Sequence record: DRR723986_4928
Strand: one strand, 5' to 3'
Length of the DNA stretch: 64,000 nucleotides
Position 1 is the stretch's first letter. The number at the start of each line of letters is the position of its first letter. The position numbers and the translations under genes were made by a program. The notes under the pieces were generated by a model. It saw nothing but the letters and a program-made list of their open reading frames with translations. It searched no databases and was not told the DNA's origin. Shown piece by piece: positions 10,248-20,271 of this stretch.

Positions 10248-10401
10248 CTCCAGGTTCCCCTTCATCGAGCGGCCAATGGGCCGCTGCTTGGAATTTTTCC
10301 TTGTTTGATGGCCACAGCGCATAGGCGACTGCGACAGCAAACATCAGAACGAAGAAGCCCAGGCCCCATGTCTGGGCAAACGTTGACAAAATCTCATACA
10401 T
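10240..10401 (-). CDS. ccoQ: cbb3 oxidase subunit IV CcoQ/FixQ, 53 aa (not in ORF track)
   Basis: Read by hand: MYEILSTFAQTWGLGFFVLMFAVAVAYALWPSNKEKFQAAAHWPLDEGEPGDE*; between ccoO and ccoP. Confidence 0.92.
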   Translation of the reverse strand: MYEILSTFAQTWGLGFFVLMFAVAVAYALWPSNKEKFQAAAHWPLDEGEPGDE

Positions 10402-10412
10402 GGCCCTGCCCC

Positions 10413-11180
10413 TTACCTGCGGTTGTCCAGGTCGTCGGCTTCATAGGTGGAGAAGTCCACCAGTGTGCCGACCATCTGAAGGTAAGCGACAAGCGCATCG
10501 AGCTCGGTCACCTTTTCCGGATTGCCATCATAGTCAGCAATCCGGACAGTGCCTTCACGACCTGCAGCTTCCTCATAACGGGCCACGAGCGCGTCCTGTG
10601 CGTCATAGTCCGCATCGGGATCTGCCTGGGCGATCAGGTCGGCCTGAGCGTTCTCGATCATTTCATCGGTGTACGGAACCCCTTCAAAGCGAAGTGCCTT
10701 GAGGTGATCGTCGATCGTTTCGAAATGCAGTGTATTGTCCGCCAGAAAGGCGTACGGCGGCATGACCGATTCAGGCACCATGGACTGAGGATCTTTCAGG
10801 TGATCCACGTGCCATGTGTCCGAATACTTGCCGCCGACGCGGGCAAGGTCAGGTCCGGTCCGCTTCGAGCCCCACTGGAACGGGTGGTCATACATGCTTT
10901 CCGCAGCCAGAGAGTAGTGGCCGTAACGCTCCACTTCGTCCCGCAGCGGCCGCACCATCTGAGAGTGGCAGACATAGCAGCCCTCACGGATGTAGACATT
11001 GCGGCCGGCAAGTTCGAGTGGCGTGTACGGACGCATCCCCTCAACTTTCTCGATCGTGTTCTCGAGATAGAAAAGCGGAGCGATTTCCACGATCCCGCCG
11101 ATGGCGACAGTGACCAGGATACCCAGCGTGAGAGCCAGAGAGTGACGCTCAAGCGTTTCGTGCTTTTTCATCAAGCCCAT
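10413..11180 (-). CDS. ccoO: cbb3 oxidase subunit II
   Basis: [25 protein letters not shown]. Confidence 0.96.
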   Translation of the reverse strand: MGLMKKHETLERHSLALTLGILVTVAIGGIVEIAPLFYLENTIEKVEGMRPYTPLELAGRNVYIREGCYVCHSQMVRPLRDEVERYGHYSLAAESMYDHPFQWGSKRTGPDLARVGGKYSDTWHVDHLKDPQSMVPESVMPPYAFLADNTLHFETIDDHLKALRFEGVPYTDEMIENAQADLIAQADPDADYDAQDALVARYEEAAGREGTVRIADYDGNPEKVTELDALVAYLQMVGTLVDFSTYEADDLDNRR

Positions 11181-11191
11181 CAGTAAGTCTC

Positions 11192-12862
11192 CTATTCAGC
11201 GGGCTGGAGCGTCGCGGCGGCCGGTGCATCGACGGGACGGGTGCCTTCAGCGGCAGCGCCGTGGCCGAGAGCCGTGCGAACGAGGTTGTAGGCCATGATC
11301 AGCGCACCTGTGAGGTACAGGCCGCCCCCCAGGGCGCGGATGATGTAGCTGACGTGCTTGGCTTCGACAGTTTCAACGAAGCTGTACTCAAGGAAGCCGT
11401 ACTCATTGTATGCACGCCACATCAGGCCTTCGAGGATACCGGCGAAGTACATCGCAACGATGTAGAAAAGGATGCCGATGGTCGCGAGCCAGAAGTGCCA
11501 TTCGACAAGCTTCAGCGAATAGAGCGACGGACGTTTCCACAGCCACTGCGTTGCGCAGTAAAGCGCACCGAAGGAGATGAAGCCGACCCAGCCCATCGAA
11601 CCCGAGTGCACGTGGGCAATGCCCCACTCGGTGTAGTGCGACAGGGCGTTGACGGCCCGGACACTCATCAGCGGCCCTTCGAAGGTCGACATGCCGTAGA
11701 AGGCGAGGGCAACGACCATCATCCGGACGACCGGGTCAGTCCGCAGACGGTCCCAGGCACCGGACAGCGTCATCACGCCGTTGATCATGCCGCCCCAGCT
11801 GGGCATCCACAGCATTACAGAGAAGGTCATACCCAGAGTCTGCGCCCACTGCGGCAAAGCCGTGTAGTGCAGGTGGTGCGGACCAGCCCAGATGTAGATG
11901 AAGATGAGCGACCAGAAGTGCACGATCGACAGACGGTACGAGTACACCGGCCGCTGCACCCGCTTTGGAATGAAGTAGTACATGATGGCCAGGAAGCCGG
12001 TGGTCAGGAAGAAGCCCACCGCGTTATGGCCATACCACCACTGCGTCAGCGCGTCCTGAACCCCTCCGAAGAGCTGGTAGCTCTTGGAACCGGTCAGCGT
12101 GACAGGCACTGTGAGGTTGTTGACGATGTGCAGCATCGCGATCGTGACGATGAAGGAGAGATAGAACCAGTTTGCCACATAAATGTGGGGTTCTTTGCGT
12201 TTCCAGATCGTACCGAGGAAGACCAGAAGGTAAGCCACCCAGACAATGGTCAGCCAGAGGTCTGCATACCATTCCGGTTCAGCATATTCCTTGGATTGGG
12301 TAACCCCCATTAGGTAGCCGGTGCCAGCAATCGCAATGAAGAGGTTGTAACCCCAGAACACGAACCACGGCCACATGCCGCCAGCCAGACGGGTCCGGCA
12401 GGTGCGCTGAACGACGTAAAAGCTGGTTGCGATGAGAACGTTTCCGCCGAACGCAAAAATGACCGCTGATGTGTGCAGCGGCCGAAGGCGCCCGAAGTTC
12501 GTCCAGCCCAGCTGTTCGAAGTAGAAGATATTGGGGAAGGCCAGCTGGAGGGCGATGATCAGCCCGACCAGGAAACCGGCAATGCCCCAGAACATTGAAG
12601 CCGTGACACCGAATTTTACAATCGTGTCTTCATAGACCGTTTGATCGAATGGATCCCGGTCACCAAGGCTGCCCGCCCAGAGTGCCAGTGCCAGAAGCCC
12701 TACCACGGCGAGGCCGAGGAAGAGCCAGGCATGTGCGCCCATAAGCGGATCGGCAGCATGGCTGGCGATCAGCAACGCCAGAATGGCGAAGATGCTGGTA
12801 AAAGCCGCGACACTGCCAATGCTGGCGAATGCCGAGGACCGTCTTGTTTGTAACGTGCTCAC
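11192..12862 (-). CDS. ccoN: cbb3 oxidase subunit I
   Basis: [28 protein letters not shown] heme/Cu ligand motifs; GTG start. Confidence 0.97.
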   Translation of the reverse strand: MSTLQTRRSSAFASIGSVAAFTSIFAILALLIASHAADPLMGAHAWLFLGLAVVGLLALALWAGSLGDRDPFDQTVYEDTIVKFGVTASMFWGIAGFLVGLIIALQLAFPNIFYFEQLGWTNFGRLRPLHTSAVIFAFGGNVLIATSFYVVQRTCRTRLAGGMWPWFVFWGYNLFIAIAGTGYLMGVTQSKEYAEPEWYADLWLTIVWVAYLLVFLGTIWKRKEPHIYVANWFYLSFIVTIAMLHIVNNLTVPVTLTGSKSYQLFGGVQDALTQWWYGHNAVGFFLTTGFLAIMYYFIPKRVQRPVYSYRLSIVHFWSLIFIYIWAGPHHLHYTALPQWAQTLGMTFSVMLWMPSWGGMINGVMTLSGAWDRLRTDPVVRMMVVALAFYGMSTFEGPLMSVRAVNALSHYTEWGIAHVHSGSMGWVGFISFGALYCATQWLWKRPSLYSLKLVEWHFWLATIGILFYIVAMYFAGILEGLMWRAYNEYGFLEYSFVETVEAKHVSYIIRALGGGLYLTGALIMAYNLVRTALGHGAAAEGTRPVDAPAAATLQPAE

Positions 12863-12929
12863 GTTATTGACCCCCTGCGAGTCGTTGGAATTCTGGCGCC
12901 TAATTGCCGGCGTCGACTTCGAACCGGTA

Positions 12930-12944
12930 TACGGTAAACTACGG
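12930..12944 (-). promoter_or_regulatory. Candidate FixJ-binding site upstream of ccoN
   Basis: TACGG-N5-TACGG direct repeat; minus strand 12942-12933 reads GTAGTTTACC, one mismatch from the GTAGTTTCCC FixJ motif as I recall it from S. meliloti. Confidence 0.45.
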
Positions 12945-13011
12945 ATGGGCTTCGCTGTCGCATCCGCCTAGTTCACAAACCGTATTGGAACATGCCTGAA
13001 GGAGCAAACAG

Positions 13012-13278
13012 ATGACAAAATGGCTAATGGCGGGAACAGCCCTTCTCGTGGCCGGTTTGTTGAAGATCTGGCAGCATACAAACGCTCCGATGACTCTGCA
13101 GGACTATCTCGCATTCCGATGCGGATCCGCGACAGAGGCTCACGGCGATTCCTTCCTCACCTTCGCAGGCCATTGCTGGGGGTGTCCGGTAGCGGCGGCA
13201 GGTGCGGCGATGGTCGCTTATGCTGCGGTTATGATCATGGCATCGTCGCGTCGTGCTGCGGTGCCGGTTCGCCGATAA
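13012..13278 (+). CDS. Small membrane protein with Cys/His motif (RCG...GHCWGCP), function unknown
   Basis: Strong GAAGGAG RBS; two hydrophobic segments flanking a Cys/His loop; first gene of the fixL-side unit. Confidence 0.7.
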   Translation: MTKWLMAGTALLVAGLLKIWQHTNAPMTLQDYLAFRCGSATEAHGDSFLTFAGHCWGCPVAAAGAAMVAYAAVMIMASSRRAAVPVRR

Positions 13279-13333
13279 TTACGCTTGGCGCCACTTCTGG
13301 CGTAACGAGACACGGCATTCGGGACTTTGAATT

Positions 13334-14485
13334 TTGAGCGATCTTACCGGCGACGCAGTATCGACTGATCTGGAGGCGCTCCAGCTCCATCTGAGGTCCA
13401 TTCTGGCGTCTGTGCCAGATGGGATGATCGTGATTGACGAGCACGGCAAGATCCTCGCTTTCTCCAGCGCTGCTGAAAAACTCTTCAATTACAGCGTCGA
13501 AGACGTCGTTGGTCGAGACGTCAGCCTGCTTATGGGCGGGCATGACCAGGCCAACCATCAGACCTACGTCGATAATTATCTTGAGACGGGCAAACGCCAC
13601 ATCATAGGTGTCGGCCGGGTCGTCTCCGCCAAAAGGTCGGATGGCACGATCTTCCCGGTGGACCTGAAAATCGGCGAAGCAAAGGTCGGCGACCACTATC
13701 TTTTTACCGCGTTCGTCCGTGACCTCTCTGAGCAGCGGCGCAACGAACTTCGCATGCAGGAGATGCAGGCAGAGCTGGTCCATTTCTCGCGCATGAGCGC
13801 TGTGGGCACGATGGCTTCGGCACTGGCTCATGAACTGAACCAGCCTCTGACAGCCGTCGCAAATTACCTCGAGGCTGCCCGGGACTTGCTGGATTCCGAT
13901 TCGGAGGACGCCGGGGAGATTCTTCATGAAGCATTGGATGAAGCCTCCCGGCAGGCGGTGCGGGCAGGCGAAATTGTAAGAAAGCTGCGCGGCTATGTGT
14001 CCCGCGGAGAGATAGATGCGCGATCAGTTCTCCTGGCGCCGATCCTGATCGATTCGATCGCTCTGGCCCGCATATCAGGTGATATGGCGGACATACCGAT
14101 CGAAAAGGATATAGAACCGGATCTCGGTGCGGTTCTGGCGGACCCGATTCAGGTTCAGCAAGTCGCAATCAATCTCCTGCGCAATGCTGCTGAAGCCCTG
14201 AATGGCGTGGCGGCGCCAAAGATGACGGTAAGTGCCAAAAAGGGTCCGGATTCGTTGATTACCGTGGAGGTGTGCGACAATGGCCCCGGAATGTCCGAAG
14301 AGGTTCGAAAAACTCTCTTCAAGCCATTCATGACATCAAAGTCCCAAGGCATGGGGCTCGGCCTGTCCATTTGCCAGACCATCGTTGAGGCGCATGGCGG
14401 GAAGATCGAAGCTGTTCCTGCAGAGGAAGGTGGGACGTGTTTTCGGTTCACACTGAGGCGTGATACCGCTAATGCATCTTCATGA
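13334..14485 (+). CDS. fixL: Heme-PAS oxygen-sensor histidine kinase FixL (short, soluble form)
   Basis: HLRSIL..VPDGMIVID...H.TY...HIIGVGR heme-PAS; AHELNQPL H-box; N, D/G and G boxes; TTG start. Confidence 0.9.
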   Translation: MSDLTGDAVSTDLEALQLHLRSILASVPDGMIVIDEHGKILAFSSAAEKLFNYSVEDVVGRDVSLLMGGHDQANHQTYVDNYLETGKRHIIGVGRVVSAKRSDGTIFPVDLKIGEAKVGDHYLFTAFVRDLSEQRRNELRMQEMQAELVHFSRMSAVGTMASALAHELNQPLTAVANYLEAARDLLDSDSEDAGEILHEALDEASRQAVRAGEIVRKLRGYVSRGEIDARSVLLAPILIDSIALARISGDMADIPIEKDIEPDLGAVLADPIQVQQVAINLLRNAAEALNGVAAPKMTVSAKKGPDSLITVEVCDNGPGMSEEVRKTLFKPFMTSKSQGMGLGLSICQTIVEAHGGKIEAVPAEEGGTCFRFTLRRDTANASS

Positions 14486-15114
14486 TTGAACAAAAACTGA
14501 TACACCTCGTCGACGACGATGATGCTGTGCGGCATTCGGCAAGCTTCATGCTGCGACATGCGGGGTTTGCCGTAAAAACCTACGCCGATGGTGTGACCTT
14601 TCTCGAAGTTGCAGAAAACGCGGCCGCAGGCTGCATTCTGCTGGATGTTCAAATGCCACGAATGGATGGGCTTGAAGTTCAGGAGCAGCTCAACGCTCGC
14701 GGTATTGCGATGCCCGTGATCGTTCTGACAGGACACGGCGATGTGAATGTCGCTGTGAAAGCAATGAAAGCCGGCGCGGTCGACTTCGTTGAAAAGCCTT
14801 ATGAAAAACAAACGCTTGTGGATGCACTTAATCGTGCTTTCCACCGCCTCGAAGAACGTTCTCAACGGGACCTGCTGGTCGATGAGGCGCGAGGCAAAAT
14901 CGAGCATCTGACCCCGCGCGAAAGAGAAGTTCTCGAGGGATTGGTGGACGGCCACACGAACAAGTCGATTGCCGACTCACTCGATATCTCTCCGAGAACG
15001 GTCGAAATCCATCGGGCCAACCTGATGGAAAAATTGGGAGCGACCAGTCTGTCGGGTGTGCTGCGAATCGCGTTTGCTGCTGGCATCGGATTCGATGGCA
15101 AGGTTACGGACTAG
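14482..15114 (+). CDS. fixJ: Response regulator FixJ (REC plus LuxR HTH)
   Basis: VDDD, LLDVQMP, LTPREREVL, ISPRTVEIHRANLMEKL; ATGA overlap with fixL. Confidence 0.93.
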   Translation: MIEQKLIHLVDDDDAVRHSASFMLRHAGFAVKTYADGVTFLEVAENAAAGCILLDVQMPRMDGLEVQEQLNARGIAMPVIVLTGHGDVNVAVKAMKAGAVDFVEKPYEKQTLVDALNRAFHRLEERSQRDLLVDEARGKIEHLTPREREVLEGLVDGHTNKSIADSLDISPRTVEIHRANLMEKLGATSLSGVLRIAFAAGIGFDGKVTD

Positions 15115-15180
15115 TACCTAAAGACAGCATACAAGCCATGCGCCAACATACAGGCTCGATATTCCTGTTGTTGGGTGGCC

Positions 15181-15606
15181 ATGTCGAACGCTTTGCTGAA
15201 CAGACCAAAAAACGTTGCTGTTATTGATGACAGTGAAGCCGTACGGCGCTCCTTGGGCGTACTGCTGACAGCGCGTGGATATGCACAAATGGGTTTCGAT
15301 GGCGGTGTACGGTTCCTCGAATCTCCGCTTCGCAATTCGTTTGATTACTTGCTCATCGATTACAAAATGGAAGAAATGTCCGGCATGGACCTTCTTCAAG
15401 CGTTGAGAGAAGAGGGAGTCGATACACCGGCGGCGATGGTGTCAGGCTGGGAAACATCCGGGCTTGAGGCTCTCGCGCTTAAAGCTGGGTTCACAGCGTT
15501 CATCCGCAAACCCATGCTCGATCACATCCTGTTTTCGCTTATTGGGCCGCCAAACGGCGGGGAAGGGGGGCCGGTTGGCAACCCGAAAGCCAAAGGCGCT
15601 GCTTAA
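15181..15606 (+). CDS. Single-domain response regulator, FixT-like
   Basis: REC residues IDD, LLIDYKM, SG, KP with no output domain; follows fixJ. Confidence 0.8.
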   Translation: MSNALLNRPKNVAVIDDSEAVRRSLGVLLTARGYAQMGFDGGVRFLESPLRNSFDYLLIDYKMEEMSGMDLLQALREEGVDTPAAMVSGWETSGLEALALKAGFTAFIRKPMLDHILFSLIGPPNGGEGGPVGNPKAKGAA

Positions 15607-15821
15607 CAAATCCTTTCCACGCATTTGACAGCCGACGCGCGAGCACATGATGACGGCTCCGCAATCGGTGACGCGCGTTGGACAGAAGACGTGTGAACGT
15701 CACTTTGGTCCGGTAGGACCAATTTACGAGTAAATCTAAGCACCTGTAATGTCGGCGGTTTTATATCCCCAAGTCGCATAATCATCATTATGGGAAATTA
15801 GATTGCCGCTTATAAACCGAC

Positions 15822-16625
15822 TTATCTGATTCCCACGACCATCCCATCGAAACCGGGTTCGACATTCGAGGGCAGCTCCCTTTTCAGGGTCTGGTAATCC
15901 AGATCGACATGCATATTGGTCAGCACAGCCTTTCGGGGCTTTAGTTCCGTAATCCAGTCCAGAGCTTTTGATACGTTGGCGTGGGTCGGATGGTCTGTGT
16001 ATCGCAGCGCATCGATTACAAGAGTATCGAGATCTCGTAACAGGTCCTTCGTCGATGCAGGCAGGTCGCTTACATCGTTGCAGTAAGCGAAATCCCTGAC
16101 CCGAAATCCAAGGCACCTGATGCGGCCATGCTCCATGTCGATTGGTAGAAGGTCTATTTTTCCGCCAGCTCCCGAAACCGAAAACGCTTCTCCTGGAACG
16201 ATATCAGGCTGCACATCAAGAATAGGCGGATAGCCACCATTGCCTTCGAAGCAGTAATCAAAGCGACGCGTCAGAATTTCCCGGGTCGCCTGATTCATAT
16301 ATGTTGGGAGCGCGGCCCGTCGCCGAATTACCAATGGCCGGATGTCATCGATACCATGTACCTGATCCGCATGTTCATGCGTATAGACCAGCGCATCAAG
16401 ATTGGTGATGCCAGCATCCAGGAGCTGCTCTCTCAGATCGGGTGATGTATCTATCAGGACAGAAGTCTGCCCTCCGGAATCGAGCTCTTTCTCGATCAGC
16501 ACACAGCAGCGGCGACGCCTGTTCTTTGGTTCCAGCGGATCACATGCGCCCCAGTCACCTCCTACGCGCGGCACTCCTCCAGATGACCCGGTACCGAGCA
16601 GCGTACAGCGCATACCTGCACTCAT
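15822..16625 (-). CDS. MBL-fold metallo-hydrolase (PhnP-like)
   Basis: LGTGSSGGVP, IDTSPDLREQL, THEHADQVHG; usual neighbour of tatD. Confidence 0.88.
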   Translation of the reverse strand: MSAGMRCTLLGTGSSGGVPRVGGDWGACDPLEPKNRRRRCCVLIEKELDSGGQTSVLIDTSPDLREQLLDAGITNLDALVYTHEHADQVHGIDDIRPLVIRRRAALPTYMNQATREILTRRFDYCFEGNGGYPPILDVQPDIVPGEAFSVSGAGGKIDLLPIDMEHGRIRCLGFRVRDFAYCNDVSDLPASTKDLLRDLDTLVIDALRYTDHPTHANVSKALDWITELKPRKAVLTNMHVDLDYQTLKRELPSNVEPGFDGMVVGIR

Positions 16626-17398
16626 GATGCGGTCACCTTGCTGAACAAGCGGATCGCATTGTCTTCGGTGATCTGCTTCACTTCGTCAGAGGACATGCCT
16701 TTCAAATTCGCAAGTGCGTCTGCGACGAATGGCAGGTAAGCAGGCTCGTTCCTCCTCCCGCGCATAGGCACTGGAGCCAGATAAGGACAATCTGTTTCCA
16801 GAATAATTCTGTCCATTGGGACGTCGGCGATCACGGCTCGAACTTCACCGGCGCTCTTGAATGACAGAATTCCAGACACGGACACATAAGCCCCCAACGC
16901 CAGAGCGCGCTGGGCTAAGTCTGCGCCGCCTGTGTAGCAATGAAGCAAAGGCTGGAAAGCGCCTTTCTGGTATTCCTGCTCCAGAATATCCGCCATGAGA
17001 TCATCTGCTTCGCGTGTGTGCAGGATAAGTGGCAAGCCGGTATTCCGTGCGGCAGCAATATGCTTCTGAAGACTCTCAATCTGATCCTTCTCGGCGCTGT
17101 AGCCGTAATGAAAGTCGAGGCCCGTTTCACCGATTGCGACAACTTCCGAACTGGATGCTGCTTCGATCAGTTGCTCCACAGTCAGGCTTCCAAAATCCTT
17201 GGCGTGATGCGGATGAACTCCCGCGGAACACCAAATGTCATCATTAGCCTGCGCGATGGCAAGAATAGCGGGAAAATTGTCGTACCGGTCGCAAATTGCC
17301 AGGAACCTGCTGACACCTGCGCTCCGCGCGCGCGTCAGCACTTCTTCCAGATCATCCGCAAACGGTTCACCGTGTAAATTTACGTGAGTATCAAACAT
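16622..17398 (-). CDS. tatD: TatD family nuclease
   Basis: GVHPH, IGETGLD, LHTREA, LHCYTG, ETDCPYLAP, RNEP. Confidence 0.9.
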   Translation of the reverse strand: MFDTHVNLHGEPFADDLEEVLTRARSAGVSRFLAICDRYDNFPAILAIAQANDDIWCSAGVHPHHAKDFGSLTVEQLIEAASSSEVVAIGETGLDFHYGYSAEKDQIESLQKHIAAARNTGLPLILHTREADDLMADILEQEYQKGAFQPLLHCYTGGADLAQRALALGAYVSVSGILSFKSAGEVRAVIADVPMDRIILETDCPYLAPVPMRGRRNEPAYLPFVADALANLKGMSSDEVKQITEDNAIRLFSKVTAS

Positions 17399-17408
17399 GA
17401 CGTGCGAT

Positions 17409-18344
17409 CTAGTGCCGGTCTGGTGCAGACAAAAGTCCCGAGATGAGTTTTGCGGCCGCCTGCTCCGGATCCATGTTCAGTTCATCCGTCTCACCGATCA
17501 GTGAGACTGTGCTCAGCCACTTGCGAGAGCGTTGTGGCGATTCAATCGCGGTTTCAGCCAGCCTCGACAACACTTCGTCCCTGAAGGCGGCGAATGCGGC
17601 GCTGTCGGTTCCCGCTGCCTGAATTGCGCGGGTCACGATAGCGTCGTTGGGCCGAGGCATGGATTTCATAAGCGTGCGCGCTGCGTTGGTCGCGATCTGG
17701 CAGGTTTCTGACGAGCGTTCGACAGCTAGGCCTGGCCGCCCATGACGTATTTCTGAAGCATTGCCGCCAAAACCCTCCAGTTGAAGAACTGCTTCCATAT
17801 CTTCCCGTTCGAGGGGGCGAAGTCGCAGCGTCCGGCAGCGCGACCGGATCGTTGGCAATACGGGTCTCGATCCATGATTGATGAGGAACATCATGGCTGC
17901 GTTTGGAGGTTCTTCCAGCGTCTTCAGGACAGCGTTCGCTGAATTGCGGTTCAGTTCGTCCAGCGAGTCGACGATCCCTACACGCCATCCGCCAAGAGCT
18001 GGACGGTAGGTAAAGAACTCATTGAAAGCTCGGATTTGTTCGATTGAAATATCCTGCTTCAGCTTTCCCTTGTCATTCAGTTCGCGTGTCAGAACGCGAA
18101 GATCCGGATGTCCGCCAGACAGGCACCGGGACATGACCGGATCATCCTGTGGTGCATCGAACGGGGCATCCGCTGGTCCGCGGGCGCCCAGCAGCCAGGC
18201 AGCGCACCGTAAGGCGAAACGTGCCTTTCCAATGCCGGACGGTCCTTCAATCATCCAGGCGTGGTGCATCCGGCCGCTTGCTGCGGCGGACTCAAAGGCG
18301 CTTTGCGCCTCCTCGTGGCCGATAAGAGGCAGGGCCGCCGTCAT
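17409..18344 (-). CDS. holB: DNA polymerase III delta' subunit
   Basis: HHAW..GPSGIGK, HPD, NAVLKTLEEP, LPTIRSRC; after tmk. Confidence 0.9.
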   Translation of the reverse strand: MTAALPLIGHEEAQSAFESAAASGRMHHAWMIEGPSGIGKARFALRCAAWLLGARGPADAPFDAPQDDPVMSRCLSGGHPDLRVLTRELNDKGKLKQDISIEQIRAFNEFFTYRPALGGWRVGIVDSLDELNRNSANAVLKTLEEPPNAAMMFLINHGSRPVLPTIRSRCRTLRLRPLEREDMEAVLQLEGFGGNASEIRHGRPGLAVERSSETCQIATNAARTLMKSMPRPNDAIVTRAIQAAGTDSAAFAAFRDEVLSRLAETAIESPQRSRKWLSTVSLIGETDELNMDPEQAAAKLISGLLSAPDRH

Positions 18345-18994
18345 GACGGCAAGCCCTGTTTCTTTCCCAGAAGCCGGGACTCGATTTCATGCCAGGCAGT
18401 GTTCGCCACTTCATTGGGGCTCCGTGAGGCATCCAGCAACATGCATCGCTCTGGCTCGCTTCTGGCTACGTCGATAAACGCCTGCCGAACAGCGTCATGA
18501 AACGCCAGGTCACGCATCTCGAATGTGTCAACGTCCTGTCCGCGGTCCGCGCGGCGACTGGCCGCCTGTTCCACAGGCGCATCGAGTATGAGCGTCAATT
18601 CAGGGCGCGTTTCACCAAGAACCGAGTTTTCCAACATTCGAAGGACATCGATCCCAACGCCGTTTTGAACGCTCTGATAAACTCGCGTTGAGTCAGCGAA
18701 CCGATCACACAATACCCAGCTTCCAGCTGCCAGGGCCGGTCTTATTTTCTTCTCAAGATGGTCCGTGCGCGCTGCATTCATCAGCAGAGCCTCGGCCATG
18801 GAGGACCAGACCTGTCCCTTCGGCGGATACAGTACGAGATTGCGGATTGCTTCGGCCAATTCGGTGCCACCCGGCTCGCGGGTGAGCACGACGGTCTGAC
18901 CATTCGCCTCCAGCTTGTCGCGCAAAGCGGCAAGCAAGGTAGACTTGCCGGTTCCTTCACCGCCCTCCAGCGTTATGAAGCGCCCACGGTTCAC
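18341..18994 (-). CDS. tmk: Thymidylate kinase
   Basis: FITLEGGEGTGKST, TREPGGT, LCDRFADST..YQ. Confidence 0.96.
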   Translation of the reverse strand: MNRGRFITLEGGEGTGKSTLLAALRDKLEANGQTVVLTREPGGTELAEAIRNLVLYPPKGQVWSSMAEALLMNAARTDHLEKKIRPALAAGSWVLCDRFADSTRVYQSVQNGVGIDVLRMLENSVLGETRPELTLILDAPVEQAASRRADRGQDVDTFEMRDLAFHDAVRQAFIDVARSEPERCMLLDASRSPNEVANTAWHEIESRLLGKKQGLPS

Positions 18995-20160
18995 GACTGG
19001 CTTTCGCTGCCGCCAAGCATGTGGCTAAGCCCTTCAATCGCACGGCCGAAAAAGCCGAGCTTTGCGACGTCCGCGTCAGCAAGGATCGGTGCTTCCACTG
19101 GCGTCTGGCCCGCAATCGTGATGACCAATTTTCCGACTTCGTCGCCTTTTTTAACTGGGGCTTCGATTGGGCCAGGCAGGACGATTTCGGCTGTCGCTTT
19201 TTCCATGCTGGCCTTGTAGCCGGCGACCCGAACTTCATCTGCGAGCTTCACCGGGATCGTCTGAGTCTCACCAAGCCAGACCGGAACGCCCGGCAGATCA
19301 ACCGAATCCGGTGTCAGGGTCTTGAGATCAAAACTGTTGAACGCGATCCGCATGAGGCGCTCGCCTTCGGCCGCTCTCGCAGCCATGGAGGGCAGCCCAT
19401 TGATGACGATCGTGCGGCGAATACCGTCGCGGACAGCCGATGCGGTCAGACCGTAACCCGAAACCTCGAGATGTCCGGTTTTCACGCCATCGGCGCCGGA
19501 TACCTCCAGAAGCGGGTTTCGGTTCGCCTGGGTAAAGTCTCTCCATGTGTAGGAGGGCAGCGAATACCAGGCATAGTATTCGGGATAATTATCGATTGTC
19601 AGCTTGGCGAGTTTGGCGAGATCTTCGGCAGAGATCACATGACCAACAGCTTCCAAGCCCGTGGAGTTCAGGAAGTTCGCAGAATTGAGACCCAGTTCGT
19701 GAGCCAGACCGGTCATGCGGCGCGCGAAGGCGTCTTCTGAACCGGAAATATTTTCAGCCAGAGCAATGCAGGCGTCATTGCCCGACATGATGATAATGCC
19801 GTGAAGCAGTTCTTCGACAGTTGGCGTATCGCCGGGCGCGAGCCCCATTGTCGACGTCCCGGAAGGGAACCCGCCTTTGCGCCAAGCATTTTCGCTGACG
19901 GTGAATTTGTCACTCATCGAAAGCTCGCCACGCCGAACCATTTCGAAAACCGTATAAGCGGTCATCATCTTGGTCATGGAGGCAGGGACCATTGGCTCTT
20001 CACCGGCCTTTGAAAAAAGGATGGCGCCAGTTTCGTGGTCCATGATGACGGCGTGCGTTGCTGGCGTATCCAGGATCTGAGCGTTTGCGAAACCCGCAAT
20101 GCCTGCGACAGCGAAAGCCGCTGCGGCGACGGTGTTCCGGGCAATCTTCGGCATATTCAT
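18991..20160 (-). CDS. dacA: D-alanyl-D-alanine carboxypeptidase
   Basis: SMTK, SGN, KTG motifs; signal peptide; GGAGG RBS before ATG 20160. Confidence 0.9.
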   Translation of the reverse strand: MNMPKIARNTVAAAAFAVAGIAGFANAQILDTPATHAVIMDHETGAILFSKAGEEPMVPASMTKMMTAYTVFEMVRRGELSMSDKFTVSENAWRKGGFPSGTSTMGLAPGDTPTVEELLHGIIIMSGNDACIALAENISGSEDAFARRMTGLAHELGLNSANFLNSTGLEAVGHVISAEDLAKLAKLTIDNYPEYYAWYSLPSYTWRDFTQANRNPLLEVSGADGVKTGHLEVSGYGLTASAVRDGIRRTIVINGLPSMAARAAEGERLMRIAFNSFDLKTLTPDSVDLPGVPVWLGETQTIPVKLADEVRVAGYKASMEKATAEIVLPGPIEAPVKKGDEVGKLVITIAGQTPVEAPILADADVAKLGFFGRAIEGLSHMLGGSESQS

Positions 20161-20271
20161 GGAAGGGGCCTCCAACGTTCTGTTCGAAGGCCGGAATCAG
20201 ATCCGGCCCCATTTCCGATTAAACAGAAAAAAGGGCCGGTTTGTGGTCAGGGTCAATGGTGCCGCGTGCGG

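Noticed and set aside
15822..17398. Apparent loss of metal ligands in TatD (HVN) and the MBL protein (HADQ)
   Set aside because: As far as I recall these variants are common in alphaproteobacterial orthologs, so they are not evidence of inactivation
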